Virus record (IMG/VR): IMGVR_UViG_3300044632_001473
Coordinates: 1-59,911 of that record
DNA length: 59,911 bases
Strand: one strand, 5' to 3'
From: a virus
Taxonomy: Duplodnaviria > Caudoviricetes
The position numbers were made by a program, and so were the translations under genes. The notes beneath the pieces are model-generated. The model did not search any database. It saw nothing but the letters and a program-made list of their open reading frames with translations, and was not told the DNA's origin. This document shows positions 1 to 10,299 of this stretch, in pieces; the stretch's first letter is position 1; every line of letters starts with the position of its first letter.

Positions 1-940
1 GTGTACTAGTTGGTTCTGGTGTTGGGGTACTAGTAGGGACTGGTGTTGCAGTTGGTTCTGGTGTTGGAGTACTAGTCGGTAATGGAGTTGGTGTACTAGT
101 AGGTACCGGTGTACTAGTTGGTTCTGGTGTTGGGGTACTAGTAGGGACTGGTGTTGCAGTTGGTTCTGGTGTTGGTGTACTAGTTGGTTCTGGTGTTGGG
201 GTACTAGTAGGGACTGGTGTTGCAGTTGGTTCTGGTGTTGGTGTTGCGGTTGGTGCTGGTGTCGGGGTTGGGTCTGAACAATTGAATAAAATAATATTTG
301 TTGGGTCAACATCAAATGAAATATAAAGATAAGGGTCAATTGTTAAGAAATTATCCGTATGTTGTCCTGGTTGTAATGTAATGTTTGTTATGTAGTTACC
401 ACAACAATCATTTCCACTAAATTGCCAGTTTACTGCACTATTATTTGTTAATGTACAACTATAACATTGTGGGGTTGAGGTTGGAGTTGGAGTTGATGTT
501 GGTTCTGGTGTTGGAGTACTAGTTGGTACCGGTGTTGCAGTTGGTTCTGGTGTTGGAGTACTAGTTGGTACCGGTGTTGCAGTTGGTTCTGGTGTTGGAG
601 TACTAGTCGGTACTGGTGTTGCAGTTGGTTCTGGTGTTGGAGTACTAGTCGGTACTGGTGTTGCAGTTGGTTCTGGTGTTGGAGTACTAGTTGGTACCGG
701 TGTTGCAGTTGGTTCTGGTGTTGGTGTTGGAGTTGCAGTTGGACAAGGTATATTAAAAATACATGTTTGATTAAAATCAGCAAAATATAATGAATAATCA
801 CCTAAGTAATTTTCGCTAATATAATCGTAAGGAATTATTTGTGAACCTAAATCAATTGTTCCGCCGCTACAAGGTGAAAATGTAATTGTGGCGGTTTGAC
901 CACTATAGTTTGTTGTTAATATTTTTATTACTGTTGCCAT
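1..940 (-). CDS. Pro/Thr-linker, Cys-rich putative virion decoration/fibre protein; runs off the window start; paralog of 966..1754
   Basis: Not in the ORF track. ATG at 940 reads [38 protein letters not shown]..., nearly identical to the N-terminus of 966..1754, followed by PT repeats; no stop seen before base 1. Confidence 0.85.
   Translation of the reverse strand, partial: MATVIKILTTNYSGQTATITFSPCSGGTIDLGSQIIPYDYISENYLGDYSLYFADFNQTCIFNIPCPTATPTPTPEPTATPVPTSTPTPEPTATPVPTSTPTPEPTATPVPTSTPTPEPTATPVPTSTPTPEPTATPVPTSTPTPEPTSTPTPTSTPQCYSCTLTNNSAVNWQFSGNDCCGNYITNITLQPGQHTDNFLTIDPYLYISFDVDPTNIILFNCSDPTPTPAPTATPTPEPTATPVPTSTPTPEPTSTPTPEPTATPVPTSTPTPEPTSTPVPTSTPTPLPTSTPTPEPTATPVPTSTPTPEPTST
498..720 (-). 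repeat. Coding tandem repeat, 42-nt unit ([14 protein letters not shown]), about 5 copies
   Basis: gttggttctggtgttggagtactagt(t/c)ggtac(c/t)ggtgttgca recurs at 498, 540, 582, 624 and 666. Confidence 0.9.
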
Positions 941-965
941 TTCTATTTATACTTTAATTTTATTT

Positions 966-1754
966 TTAACATTGTTCGCCAGGTGCAAAACCTGTTACTA
1001 CACCAGTGGATGGATTTACGTTCCACAATGATGTGTTTATGAAAACATAACTATATCCAGTCAACGCATTCGGGAATGTATCAACATAAATTATACATCC
1101 AAGTCCGAATTCAAATGAATCGCAATTTGAATATAATATTTGAGGATTTAATGATGAATTACTACAAGCCGCTTCTGCTGTGTTTCCATAACCACAACCT
1201 ATGTATGAAAATGTTGGTTCTGGTGTTGGTGTTGGTGTAATAGTTGGTTCTGGTGTTGGTGTTGGTGTTGGTGTATAAGTAGGTTCTGGAGTTGGTGTTG
1301 GTCCCGATCCTCCACAAGCAATTGCATTATATTCTATTACATAATCCACTTTACCACAACCATCAGGACCACCTGCAATTTCTTCACGTAAATCAATTCC
1401 ATCACAGAATGTTCTTAATACTGTACCAGGTTCAGGACAAGGTGTTGGTGTTGGTGTAGGTGTTTCGGTTGGTGTTGGTGTACTAGTTGGATTAGGTGTT
1501 ACTGTTGGTGTACTAGTAGGTTCTGGTGTTGGGGTTGGTGTTGCTGTTGGACATGGAATAGTGAATGTGCAACTTTCATTATTACTCACAAAATATAATA
1601 GATAATCACCTAAGTGATTATCATCATTACTTATGTGATTGTAAGGTAACTCATGACTACCTAAATCAATTGTTCCACCACTACAAGGTGAAAATGTTAT
1701 TTGTGCAGTTTCTCCACTATAATTTGTTGTTAATATCTGAACTGTTGTTGCCAT
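966..1754 (-). CDS. Pro/Thr-linker protein with three small Cys-rich domains (putative virion decoration)
   Basis: 262-aa ORF; domain-PT-domain-PT-domain architecture. Confidence 0.75.
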   Translation of the reverse strand: MATTVQILTTNYSGETAQITFSPCSGGTIDLGSHELPYNHISNDDNHLGDYLLYFVSNNESCTFTIPCPTATPTPTPEPTSTPTVTPNPTSTPTPTETPTPTPTPCPEPGTVLRTFCDGIDLREEIAGGPDGCGKVDYVIEYNAIACGGSGPTPTPEPTYTPTPTPTPEPTITPTPTPEPTFSYIGCGYGNTAEAACSNSSLNPQILYSNCDSFEFGLGCIIYVDTFPNALTGYSYVFINTSLWNVNPSTGVVTGFAPGEQC

Positions 1755-1766
1755 TTTATTTTTATA

Positions 1767-2192
1767 TTATATCGTTGTTATTTCGTAGTTTATATCACAA
1801 GTCATATCAAATGGTACGACACTATACGTAATGTCACAGTTTTCACTAGATGGTACCATAAAATATGTGATATCACAAGTCATATCAAATGGTACAACAT
1901 TATATGTAATATCACAAGATACTATTGGGGTAGGTGTTGGTGTACTAGTTGGTGCTGGTGTTGAAGTTGCAGTAGGTTCCGGTGTTGCAGTCGGTACTGG
2001 TGTTGAAGTTGCTGTTGGTTCAGGTGTTGATGTTGCGGTCGGTAACGGTGTTGGAGTACTAGTTGCTAATGGTGTTGCAGTAGGTGTCGGTGTACTAGTT
2101 GGCACTGGTGTACTAGTTGGTACTGGTGTTCCTGTTGGTCCATTATTGCTATTTGGGACTATTCTAAGTCCTCCTGTAAATCGTATACCCAT
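1767..2192 (-). CDS. Pro/Thr-linker protein with four C-terminal CDI(T/N)Y repeats
   Basis: 141-aa ORF; TATTTAT motif upstream. Confidence 0.75.
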   Translation of the reverse strand: MGIRFTGGLRIVPNSNNGPTGTPVPTSTPVPTSTPTPTATPLATSTPTPLPTATSTPEPTATSTPVPTATPEPTATSTPAPTSTPTPTPIVSCDITYNVVPFDMTCDITYFMVPSSENCDITYSVVPFDMTCDINYEITTI

Positions 2193-2200
2193 AGTATCCT

Positions 2201-2207
2201 ATAAATA
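2201..2207 (-). promoter_or_regulatory. TATTTAT putative late promoter (representative copy)
   Basis: The same motif lies 4-23 nt upstream of gene starts at 5690, 12575, 19725, 23854, 26521, 36902, 39106, 42253, 42844 and 50748, and upstream of the candidate ncRNA at 34691. Confidence 0.65.
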
Positions 2208-2228
2208 GTTTAATTTATTAATAAGAAT

Positions 2229-2259
2229 AAAAAAAGGAGGATTTTTACGTCCTCCTTTT
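2229..2259 (-). terminator. Intrinsic terminator
   Basis: aaaaggagga/tcctcctttt stem with a U-run on the minus strand, downstream of 2280..5666. Confidence 0.8.
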
Positions 2260-2279
2260 AATTTTATTTTTTTTGTACA

Positions 2280-5200
2280 TTAGAATGTACCACCATCTAT
2301 TGTATCAGTAAATACTAACCCTCCGTCGGATGATTTGTAACTTAAGAAACCTGAAGCTACAGTACTTCCTACCGTTGTTGAAACTTCACCAAATACGTTG
2401 TTCGCATTTTTGAAAGTAACATTAGATTTTGTACTACTTACTAAGTCACTACCATCAGTTGATACAGTTAATGTACCTGCAACTACTGTATTACCTGATA
2501 CTGATTCAACTGTGAACTTATCTGTATTGAATTGTAATGTTGTACCACTATATTTCAATAAACTATCACCGATTGTATTGTCGGAAGATGCAATTGGAAA
2601 TGTTCCACTTGTTAAACTTGTTTCACTTCCTAATGTACCAGCTGTTGTTCCAATTACTTTACTTGAATTGTTAGAACCATCAACTGTTAACCAATCATTA
2701 TTTACTGAGTCCCATAGTAAAGAACCTGATTGATCCGCTGAACCTGAATCATATCCACTGATACCTGCATATCTTTGGAATGGTGAATAAGCGTTTACTA
2801 AGATAATATTATCACCGATTTCAACTGTACTTGATTGAATATTAACGTTTGTTGATGAACCTAATACTTGTAAGTTTCCTGATACAAATAGATTACCACC
2901 TAACATTGTTGCTGAACCTGAACTTACTGTTAATGAACCTGTGATTGATGTGTTAGAATTAACTTGTAGACCCGCTGCTGTTACCGATGCAGTTACTGCA
3001 CCACTTGCAATCTTGTCTAATTGTAATCCTGTAACTCCACTTGCTGGAATGTTATATAAACCTGCACCATCACCTGTAAATGAACCTGAAATAGTTCCTG
3101 TTGATGTTATTCCACCTTCTACATTTAATACTGTTCCGTTATATGTTAAACCACTTTGACCTTCTACTAAACCTCCTGTTCCTGTTGCGGTTAATAAGTA
3201 TCCATCAACGTTGTTGTTAATTGTTGCTGCACCTGAAGTACCTGAAGAACCTGCGGTTCCACTCGTTCCAGATGAACCACTAGAACCTGATGTTCCTGAT
3301 GTACCCGCTGTACCTGAAGTACCTGATGAACCTGATGTTCCTGATGTTCCTGAAGAACCTGATGTTCCTGAAGAACCACTTGTACCAGAACTTCCTGATG
3401 TTCCGCTAGAACCTGAAGAACCTGATGTTCCTGATGTTCCGCTAGAACCTGAAGAGCCTGATGTTCCACTTGTACCCGCAGTTCCTGAAGAACCACTTGT
3501 ACCAGAACTTCCTGAAGTACCTGATGAACCTGAAGTACCACTAGAACCCGAAGAACCTGATGTTCCACTTGTACCGGCCGTTCCTGAAGAACCACTTGTA
3601 CCTGACGAACCACTTGTACCAGATGAACCATTAGAACCTGAAGTACCTGAAGTACCCGCCGTTCCTGAAGAACCACTTGTACCTGACGAACCACTAGTTC
3701 CTGAACTTCCTGAAGAACCACTAGTTCCAGATGAACCAGAAGACCCACTTGTACCTGAAGTACCTGCAGTTCCTGAAGAACCACTTGTACCAGAACTTCC
3801 TGATGTACCAGAAGAACCAGATGTACCTCCGGAACCTGATGTTCCTGAAGAACCATTACCACCGACAGTAGCAATTACTTTACCTGCTTGAGCAGATTCA
3901 AAGTAAACTGCTAAATTATTACTATCTTGAACTGTAATTCTTGTTGGTATGATTACATTATCGTTTACATCAAATACATTGATTGCTGGATATTTGTAAC
4001 CTAAATTATGATTGAATGACCATGTTGTTAATGCAGTAAACACTCCTGTTTTTGTTTCTCCTGAAACAATTACTGCGTTCATTGCGTGAGATGCGGTTAA
4101 AGCGTAGTTTGCATATGATGCGGTACCTGCGAATTGAGAACTTGAACCTGAAACATATGAGTTAAACGCTGACTCATCTAATTTACCTGTACCTACAGTA
4201 ACACCATTTAACATCAATGAACCTGTGATGTTAACTGAACCAGTGAATTGGTGAGTATCGTCTAATGTATCACCAAATCTAGTTGAACCTGATTGATATA
4301 ATATAGATGATGTTACATAATCAATATGTAATTCTTTTGCTGTTAATATACCATCAATATATGTGTCACCATTAACTCTTAATGCACCGTTTGTAATAGA
4401 TGCACTTACACTTCCACTAACTATTTTATTTAATTCAAGACCTGTAACTCCACTCGCAGGGATATTATATAAACCAGAACCATTTCCTTGGAAGTTAGAA
4501 CCTGTTGCAACAACCACAGAACCACTTACAGTTAAAATTGAACCGTCAAATTGTAAGTTAGATTCACCATTCACTAATCCATCAACTCCTGTAGCGGTTA
4601 ATAAGTAATTGTTTGTATTGTTGTCAATTGTCGCCGCTCCTGAAGTACCTGAAGAACCCGCAGTTCCTGATGTACCAGACGTACCAGATGTACCCGCAGT
4701 TCCTGATGAACCACTAGAACCTGATGTACCTGACGTACCAGAACTTCCTGAAGTTCCACTTGAACCACTAGTACCAGACGAACCACTTGTTCCTGAAGTT
4801 CCTGATGACCCACTTGAACCTGATGTACCTGCAGTTCCTGATGAACCCGAAGTTCCTGATGAACCACTTGTTCCACTAGAACCTGAAGAACCTGAAGTAC
4901 CACTAGTACCTGATGTACCAGAACTTCCTGATGTACCAGAACTTCCTGATGTACCAGAAGAACCACTAGACCCACTTGTACCAGACGAACCAGATGAACC
5001 TGATGTTCCTGATGTGCCAGAACTTCCTGAAGTACCACTTGAACCGCTTGTTCCTGAAGAACCAGATGTTCCAGATGAACCTGATGTTCCACTAGTTCCT
5101 GATGTACCGGCTGTTCCAGATGAACCACTACTACCCGAAGTACCTGAAGTACCTGCGGTTCCTGATGAACCAGATGAACCTGAAGTACCCGAAGATGCTG

Positions 5201-5666
5201 CTGTATATTCTGTTCCGTTTATAAATAAACTTCCTGTTACATTTATTGACCCACTTACATTTGCTTGATTTAATGTTGCAGTTGTACCACTTAAATTTGT
5301 AATGGTCATACCTGAAACGGTATTACCTTCTAAGTTACCTGTTAAATCCAATTTACTGTTACCAACATTATCATTATTTAAAATGTATAATGCTTGATCA
5401 TTACTTGAATAAAATGGTGTACCGTCTAAAACTGAACCGTAAGTTCCCGCTACAATTGTTGGTGCAGCAGCTCCTGAGTAAATTTTAGATACAGCATTAA
5501 ACGCACCTGCAACTCCTTCATTACCTATTACCGGTGAACCGATAAAGATAAAAGGACCTTGTAAGTCGTTAACCGAACCTGAAGCGATGATTAATTCACC
5601 ATTTCTTGCCGTTGTGTTTTTGAGGGTTGATATCGAACCCCTCCTGTGTTTGATAATTTGTGCCAT
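2280..5666 (-). CDS. Tail/head fibre protein with two SGT (G-x-x) repeat tracts
   Basis: 1128 aa. N-terminal IKHRRGS...NGEL resembles fibre attachment (Mtd_N-like) motifs; modules shared with 5744..10285; C-terminal IDGGTF. Confidence 0.75.
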   Translation of the reverse strand: MAQIIKHRRGSISTLKNTTARNGELIIASGSVNDLQGPFIFIGSPVIGNEGVAGAFNAVSKIYSGAAAPTIVAGTYGSVLDGTPFYSSNDQALYILNNDNVGNSKLDLTGNLEGNTVSGMTITNLSGTTATLNQANVSGSINVTGSLFINGTEYTAASSGTSGSSGSSGTAGTSGTSGSSGSSGTAGTSGTSGTSGSSGTSGSSGTSGSSGTSGSSGTSGTSGSSGSSGTSGSSGSSGTSGSSGTSGSSGTSGTSGTSGSSGSSGTSGSSGTSGSSGTAGTSGSSGSSGTSGTSGSSGTSGSSGTSGSSGTSGTSGSSGSSGTAGTSGTSGTSGTAGSSGTSGAATIDNNTNNYLLTATGVDGLVNGESNLQFDGSILTVSGSVVVATGSNFQGNGSGLYNIPASGVTGLELNKIVSGSVSASITNGALRVNGDTYIDGILTAKELHIDYVTSSILYQSGSTRFGDTLDDTHQFTGSVNITGSLMLNGVTVGTGKLDESAFNSYVSGSSSQFAGTASYANYALTASHAMNAVIVSGETKTGVFTALTTWSFNHNLGYKYPAINVFDVNDNVIIPTRITVQDSNNLAVYFESAQAGKVIATVGGNGSSGTSGSGGTSGSSGTSGSSGTSGSSGTAGTSGTSGSSGSSGTSGSSGSSGTSGSSGTSGSSGTAGTSGTSGSNGSSGTSGSSGTSGSSGTAGTSGTSGSSGSSGTSGSSGTSGSSGTSGSSGTAGTSGTSGSSGSSGTSGTSGSSGSSGTSGSSGTSGSSGTSGSSGTSGTSGSSGTSGTAGTSGTSGSSGSSGTSGTAGSSGTSGAATINNNVDGYLLTATGTGGLVEGQSGLTYNGTVLNVEGGITSTGTISGSFTGDGAGLYNIPASGVTGLQLDKIASGAVTASVTAAGLQVNSNTSITGSLTVSSGSATMLGGNLFVSGNLQVLGSSTNVNIQSSTVEIGDNIILVNAYSPFQRYAGISGYDSGSADQSGSLLWDSVNNDWLTVDGSNNSSKVIGTTAGTLGSETSLTSGTFPIASSDNTIGDSLLKYSGTTLQFNTDKFTVESVSGNTVVAGTLTVSTDGSDLVSSTKSNVTFKNANNVFGEVSTTVGSTVASGFLSYKSSDGGLVFTDTIDGGTF

Positions 5667-5743
5667 CTATTGTGTGGTTTTTCTTTTAGATAAATACTTT
5701 AGTTTTAATCATCTACGAATTATTTCTATTATTTTTTTATAAA

Positions 5744-8700
5744 TTATTCAAAATTTCCTAAATCAATCACTGTATTATTACTTCCTGAAGTCGTTTCATT
5801 AAAAATGACCTTTTCACTATTGAATTTTAAGGATGCTGATAGTATTTGAGAGTTAATATATGCCTGAACAATATTCATAGTTCCTGATACAATTAATGAA
5901 TCCATTAACAAATCAGTTGAACGTAATGTGGTTGTACCATTAACTATCAAATCTCCATCAATTATAACCGAACCTGTTGTTTTTAATGATCCTGTAAATT
6001 GATGAGTATCGTCTAATGTATCTCCGAACTTTGTTGATCCTGACTCATACAATATAGAAGACGTTACATAATTGATATTTAACTCTCTTGCAGTAATTGT
6101 ACCGTCAATAACAACGTCAGTATTAACTTTTAAAATACCATCTTCCAAAGAAGCACTTACACTACCACTAACAATTCTATCTAATTGAAGCCCAGTAACT
6201 CCACTTGCCGGTACGTTGTAAAGACCCGCACCATCACCAACAAATGAACCACTTATAGTTCCGTTGTTAACAGTTAAGTCTCCTGTATTAATAACTAAAT
6301 CACTGTTTGTTAAGTCAACTGTTCCGTCAAACATGTAGAAATTGGAACCGCTTGTTAAGTAGAACGATGAGCTATCCGTCATAATGACGTTAGAGTCAAC
6401 AACACCTAACTGTGAAGTAATATCTAACGAACCAGTAATTTGAACGTTATTTGTTGTAGCCCATACACTTCCTGTTAAGGCGAATAGACTATCACCTGAA
6501 GAACCAGAACTACCAGATGTACCAGAAGAACCACTTGTACCCGAAGTACCTGAAGAACCACTTGTTCCAGACGAACCACTAGTTCCTGATGAACCCGATG
6601 TACCAGAGGTTCCTGAACTACCACTAGTTCCTGAAGAACCACTTGTTCCAGATGTACCAGAACTTCCTGATGTACCAGATGTACCAGATGTACCAGATGT
6701 ACCTGATGTACCGCTAGAACCTGAAGTACCAGAACTACCGCTAGTTCCTGAAGTACCACTAGTTCCACCAGAACCTGAAGTACCAGAAGAACCACTTGTA
6801 CCAGATGTGCCGGCACCACCTACAGTTGCAACTACTCTACCTGATTGAGGTGAATTAAAATAAACTTCTAAATTATCTTGGTCAACAACATGTATATCTG
6901 AAGGAATTACTACGTTATCATCCGCATCAAATACATTTATTACGGGATATTTCTCATGTAAATTATGGAAGAAAGACCATGTACTTTGATTGATAAATGA
7001 TTGTTGTACGTTTGCACCTGATACAATAATAGCATTTAAAGCATAAATTGCATATGATGCGGTACCTTCTAATGAACCTGTAATACCATCACTAACATTT
7101 AATGAACCCGTAATTTGAATGTCGTTTGTTGTTGACCAAAACGATCCCGTTTGTCCAAATAAACTATCTCCACTTGTACCGCTAGAACCTGATGTACCAG
7201 AACTACCAGATGTTCCACTAGAACCTGATGTACCACTCGTACCGGATGTTCCTGAACTACCCGATGTACCAGAAGTACCACTAGAACCTGACGTTCCACC
7301 CGTACCACTTGTACCTGATGTACCATCAACACCACTTATACCAGATGAACCACTTGTGCCGGATGTACCAGAACTACCAGATGTTCCACTTGTACCAGAA
7401 CTTCCCGATGTACCACTAGAACCAGAAGTTCCAGATGAACCTGAAGAACCGCTTGTACCAGAACTTCCTGAAGTTCCACTTGTACCAGACGAACCACTAG
7501 TACCTGATGTTGATGCATTATAAGATGTTCCGTTGATGATTAAATCTCCACCGCTAATTTCTAATCTTGAACCAGTGATATAAACAGAGCCAGTGAATTG
7601 GTGAGTATCGTCTTGTGTATCACCAAATTTTGTACTTCCACTTTGATATAAAATTGAAGAAGTTACATAATCAATATGTAATTCTTTAGCTGTAATTGTT
7701 CCATCAATGTATGTGTCACCATTTACTCTAAACGTTCCGTCTGATTGAATGGACGCACTTACACTACCACTAACTATTTTATTTAACTCTAATCCCGTTA
7801 CACCTGAAGCTGGTATGTTATATAAACCCGCACCATCTCCGAAGAAAGCTGCAGTAATAAATCCACCATTTTCAATAATGATATTACTACCACTTGTTAA
7901 TATTAATGATGAACTATCAGTTAAAAATAAACTTGAATCAAAAATACCCGCTCCACTTGATACTGTTAATGAACCTGTAATTGATGTGTTTGTATTAATT
8001 TGTAAACCATCTTCGTCAATAGATGCTGTGGCACTTCCACTAGCAATTTTATCTAATTGAAGTCCTGTAACCCCGCTTGCTGGAATATTATATAAACCAG
8101 CACCATCACCAAAGAAAGCTGCGGTAATGAAACCACCATTTTCAACATATATATTTGATCCACTTGTTAAAATAAGTGAACCACTATCAGTTAAAAGAAT
8201 ATTAGCATCACTTACACCCAATTGTGAAGAGACACTTAAAGAACCTGTAATTTGAATGTCGTTTGTTGTTGCCCAAAAAGAACCTGTCTGAGCAAATAAA
8301 CTATCACCACTAGTTCCTGATGAACCAGATGTACCTGAACTACCACTAGTTCCTGAAGAACCGCTTGTACCTGATGTACCAGAACTTCCTGAGGTTCCAC
8401 TAGAACCTGACGTTCCTGAAGTTCCACTAGAACCAGAGGTTCCTGAACTACCCGATGTTCCACTAGTACCTGATGTACCAGAACTTCCTGATGTACCGCT
8501 AGAACCTGATGTACCTGATGTTCCAGAACTACCTGAAGTGCCAGATGAACCACTCGTTCCACTACTACCAGAAGTACCACTAGTACCTGATGTACCACTT
8601 GAACCAGAGGTTCCTGAACTACCCGATGTTCCACTAGTACCTGATGTACCAGAACTTCCTGATGTACCACTTGTACCGGCAGTTCCCGAAGACCCACTTG

Positions 8701-10285
8701 TACCAGAACTACCTGAAGTGCCTGATGTACCTGCAGTTCCTGAAGAACCACTTGTACCTGATGTACCACTAGAACCTGAAGTACCAGATGAACCACTTGT
8801 ACCTGAAGAACCACTTGTACCAGAACTACCTGATGTACCACTAGTACCTGATGTACCAGATGTACCGCTAGAACCACTTGTACCTGATGTACCACTAGAA
8901 CCTGATGTACCACTAGAACCTGATGTACCACTAGAACCTGAAGTACCACTAGAACCCGAAGAACCTGATGTACCGCTAGAACCACTTGTACCTGAAGAAC
9001 CACTTGTACCAGAACTACCTGATGTACCACTAGTACCTGATGTACCAGATGTACCGGAACTACCACTTGTACCTGCAGTTCCAGATGTTCCGCTAGAACC
9101 GGAGGTTCCTGAACTACCCGACGTTCCACTAGTACCACTACTACCTGATGTACCACTAGTGCCAGCGGTTCCTGATGAACCAGATGTACCTGCGGAACCT
9201 GATGTTCCTGATGAACCATCAACACCACTTATACCTGAAGAACCACTTGTACCAGAACTACCTGATGTACCACTAGTACCGCTTGTTCCAGATGAACCAG
9301 AAGTTCCACTAGAACCGCTTGTACCTGAAGAACCAGATGTTCCACTCGTTCCTGATGTCATCGCACTAAATGTAACTCCATCTATAATTAAATCACCACT
9401 ATTAATGTTTAATGATCCTGAATGTATAAAAACTGAACCTGTGAATTGGTGTGTATCATCATCAGTGTCACCAAATTTAGTTGAACCTGACGAATATAAA
9501 ACAGAAGATGAAACAATCGTTACATTATACTCTGTTGCGGTAATTGTACCATCAATGAATACATTTGTGTTTATTCTTAAATCACCTCCTTCCAATGACG
9601 CACTTACACTACCTGATGTAATTTTAAATAATTCTAATCCCGTTACTCCACTTGCTGGAATGTTATATAATCCACTACCGTCACCACTAATTGTACCTTC
9701 TTCAACATTTAACGAACCAGTTATTTGAAGGTCATTAGTTGTAGCATAAAAAGATCCCGTTTGTTGAAATAGTGAACTTGCAGCCTGAAAATCTGCTAAT
9801 TCAGTAATCGTATTACCAATAATATCATCAATCCAATAACCTAAATTTGTAAATGCTCCTTCGTTTTGTTGGAGATTTCCCAATTTAGCCGCTCCATCAA
9901 TGACTTCATAAAAGATACCGTTTTGATTTTCATCGGGGAAATTATTCGGTGGATCATAATTAGAATTTATATATTCTCTTAAATTAGTATCTCTTAATTC
10001 AATAATTGCCTCAGTGTCTGTAATTCCCGTAACCCCTATAACATCATACATTTTTGATGTTGGTAACGCAAATTTCATACCAATAGTGATATCATTTGCG
10101 TTATATAAATTAAGATTCAAATTTGAATCGGGATATGCACCTTGTTGGGGTATGATTGTGAAATTACATATGAATGACATGTAAACACCATCGTATGTGT
10201 CTAAAGAGGAATATGTTTCGTTTGGTATTGTTGTACCAAAATCTATACTACCAATTAATAATTTGTCAGGAGCCTCTAATGCCAT
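5744..10285 (-). CDS. Fibre protein with three SGT repeat tracts and repeated globular modules
   Basis: 1513 aa; GLYN(I/V)PASGVTGL x4, SGSTKFGDTxDDTHQFTGS x3, SLFxxTGSxxATTNxxQITGSL-type module x4. Confidence 0.75.
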   Translation of the reverse strand: MALEAPDKLLIGSIDFGTTIPNETYSSLDTYDGVYMSFICNFTIIPQQGAYPDSNLNLNLYNANDITIGMKFALPTSKMYDVIGVTGITDTEAIIELRDTNLREYINSNYDPPNNFPDENQNGIFYEVIDGAAKLGNLQQNEGAFTNLGYWIDDIIGNTITELADFQAASSLFQQTGSFYATTNDLQITGSLNVEEGTISGDGSGLYNIPASGVTGLELFKITSGSVSASLEGGDLRINTNVFIDGTITATEYNVTIVSSSVLYSSGSTKFGDTDDDTHQFTGSVFIHSGSLNINSGDLIIDGVTFSAMTSGTSGTSGSSGTSGSSGTSGSSGTSGTSGTSGSSGTSGSSGISGVDGSSGTSGSAGTSGSSGTAGTSGTSGSSGTSGTSGSSGTSGSSGTSGTAGTSGSSGTSGTSGTSGTSGSSGTSGSSGTSGSSGTSGSSGSSGTSGSSGTSGSSGTSGSSGTSGTSGSSGTSGTSGTSGTSGSSGTSGSSGTSGSSGTSGSSGTSGTSGSSGTAGTSGTSGSSGTSGSSGTAGTSGTSGSSGTSGTSGTSGSSGTSGSSGTSGTSGTSGSSGTSGSSGTSGSSGTSGTSGSSGTSGSSGTSGTSGTSGSSGTSGSSGTSGTSGSSGTSGSSGTSGTSGSSGTSGSSGTSGSSGTSGDSLFAQTGSFWATTNDIQITGSLSVSSQLGVSDANILLTDSGSLILTSGSNIYVENGGFITAAFFGDGAGLYNIPASGVTGLQLDKIASGSATASIDEDGLQINTNTSITGSLTVSSGAGIFDSSLFLTDSSSLILTSGSNIIIENGGFITAAFFGDGAGLYNIPASGVTGLELNKIVSGSVSASIQSDGTFRVNGDTYIDGTITAKELHIDYVTSSILYQSGSTKFGDTQDDTHQFTGSVYITGSRLEISGGDLIINGTSYNASTSGTSGSSGTSGTSGSSGTSGSSGSSGTSGSSGTSGSSGTSGTSGSSGTSGTSGSSGISGVDGTSGTSGTGGTSGSSGTSGTSGSSGTSGTSGTSGSSGTSGSSGTSGSSGTSGDSLFGQTGSFWSTTNDIQITGSLNVSDGITGSLEGTASYAIYALNAIIVSGANVQQSFINQSTWSFFHNLHEKYPVINVFDADDNVVIPSDIHVVDQDNLEVYFNSPQSGRVVATVGGAGTSGTSGSSGTSGSGGTSGTSGTSGSSGTSGSSGTSGTSGTSGTSGTSGSSGTSGTSGSSGTSGSSGTSGTSGSSGTSGSSGTSGSSGTSGTSGSSGTSGSSGSSGDSLFALTGSVWATTNNVQITGSLDITSQLGVVDSNVIMTDSSSFYLTSGSNFYMFDGTVDLTNSDLVINTGDLTVNNGTISGSFVGDGAGLYNVPASGVTGLQLDRIVSGSVSASLEDGILKVNTDVVIDGTITARELNINYVTSSILYESGSTKFGDTLDDTHQFTGSLKTTGSVIIDGDLIVNGTTTLRSTDLLMDSLIVSGTMNIVQAYINSQILSASLKFNSEKVIFNETTSGSNNTVIDLGNFE

Positions 10286-10299
10286 TTTATTTTTCTATA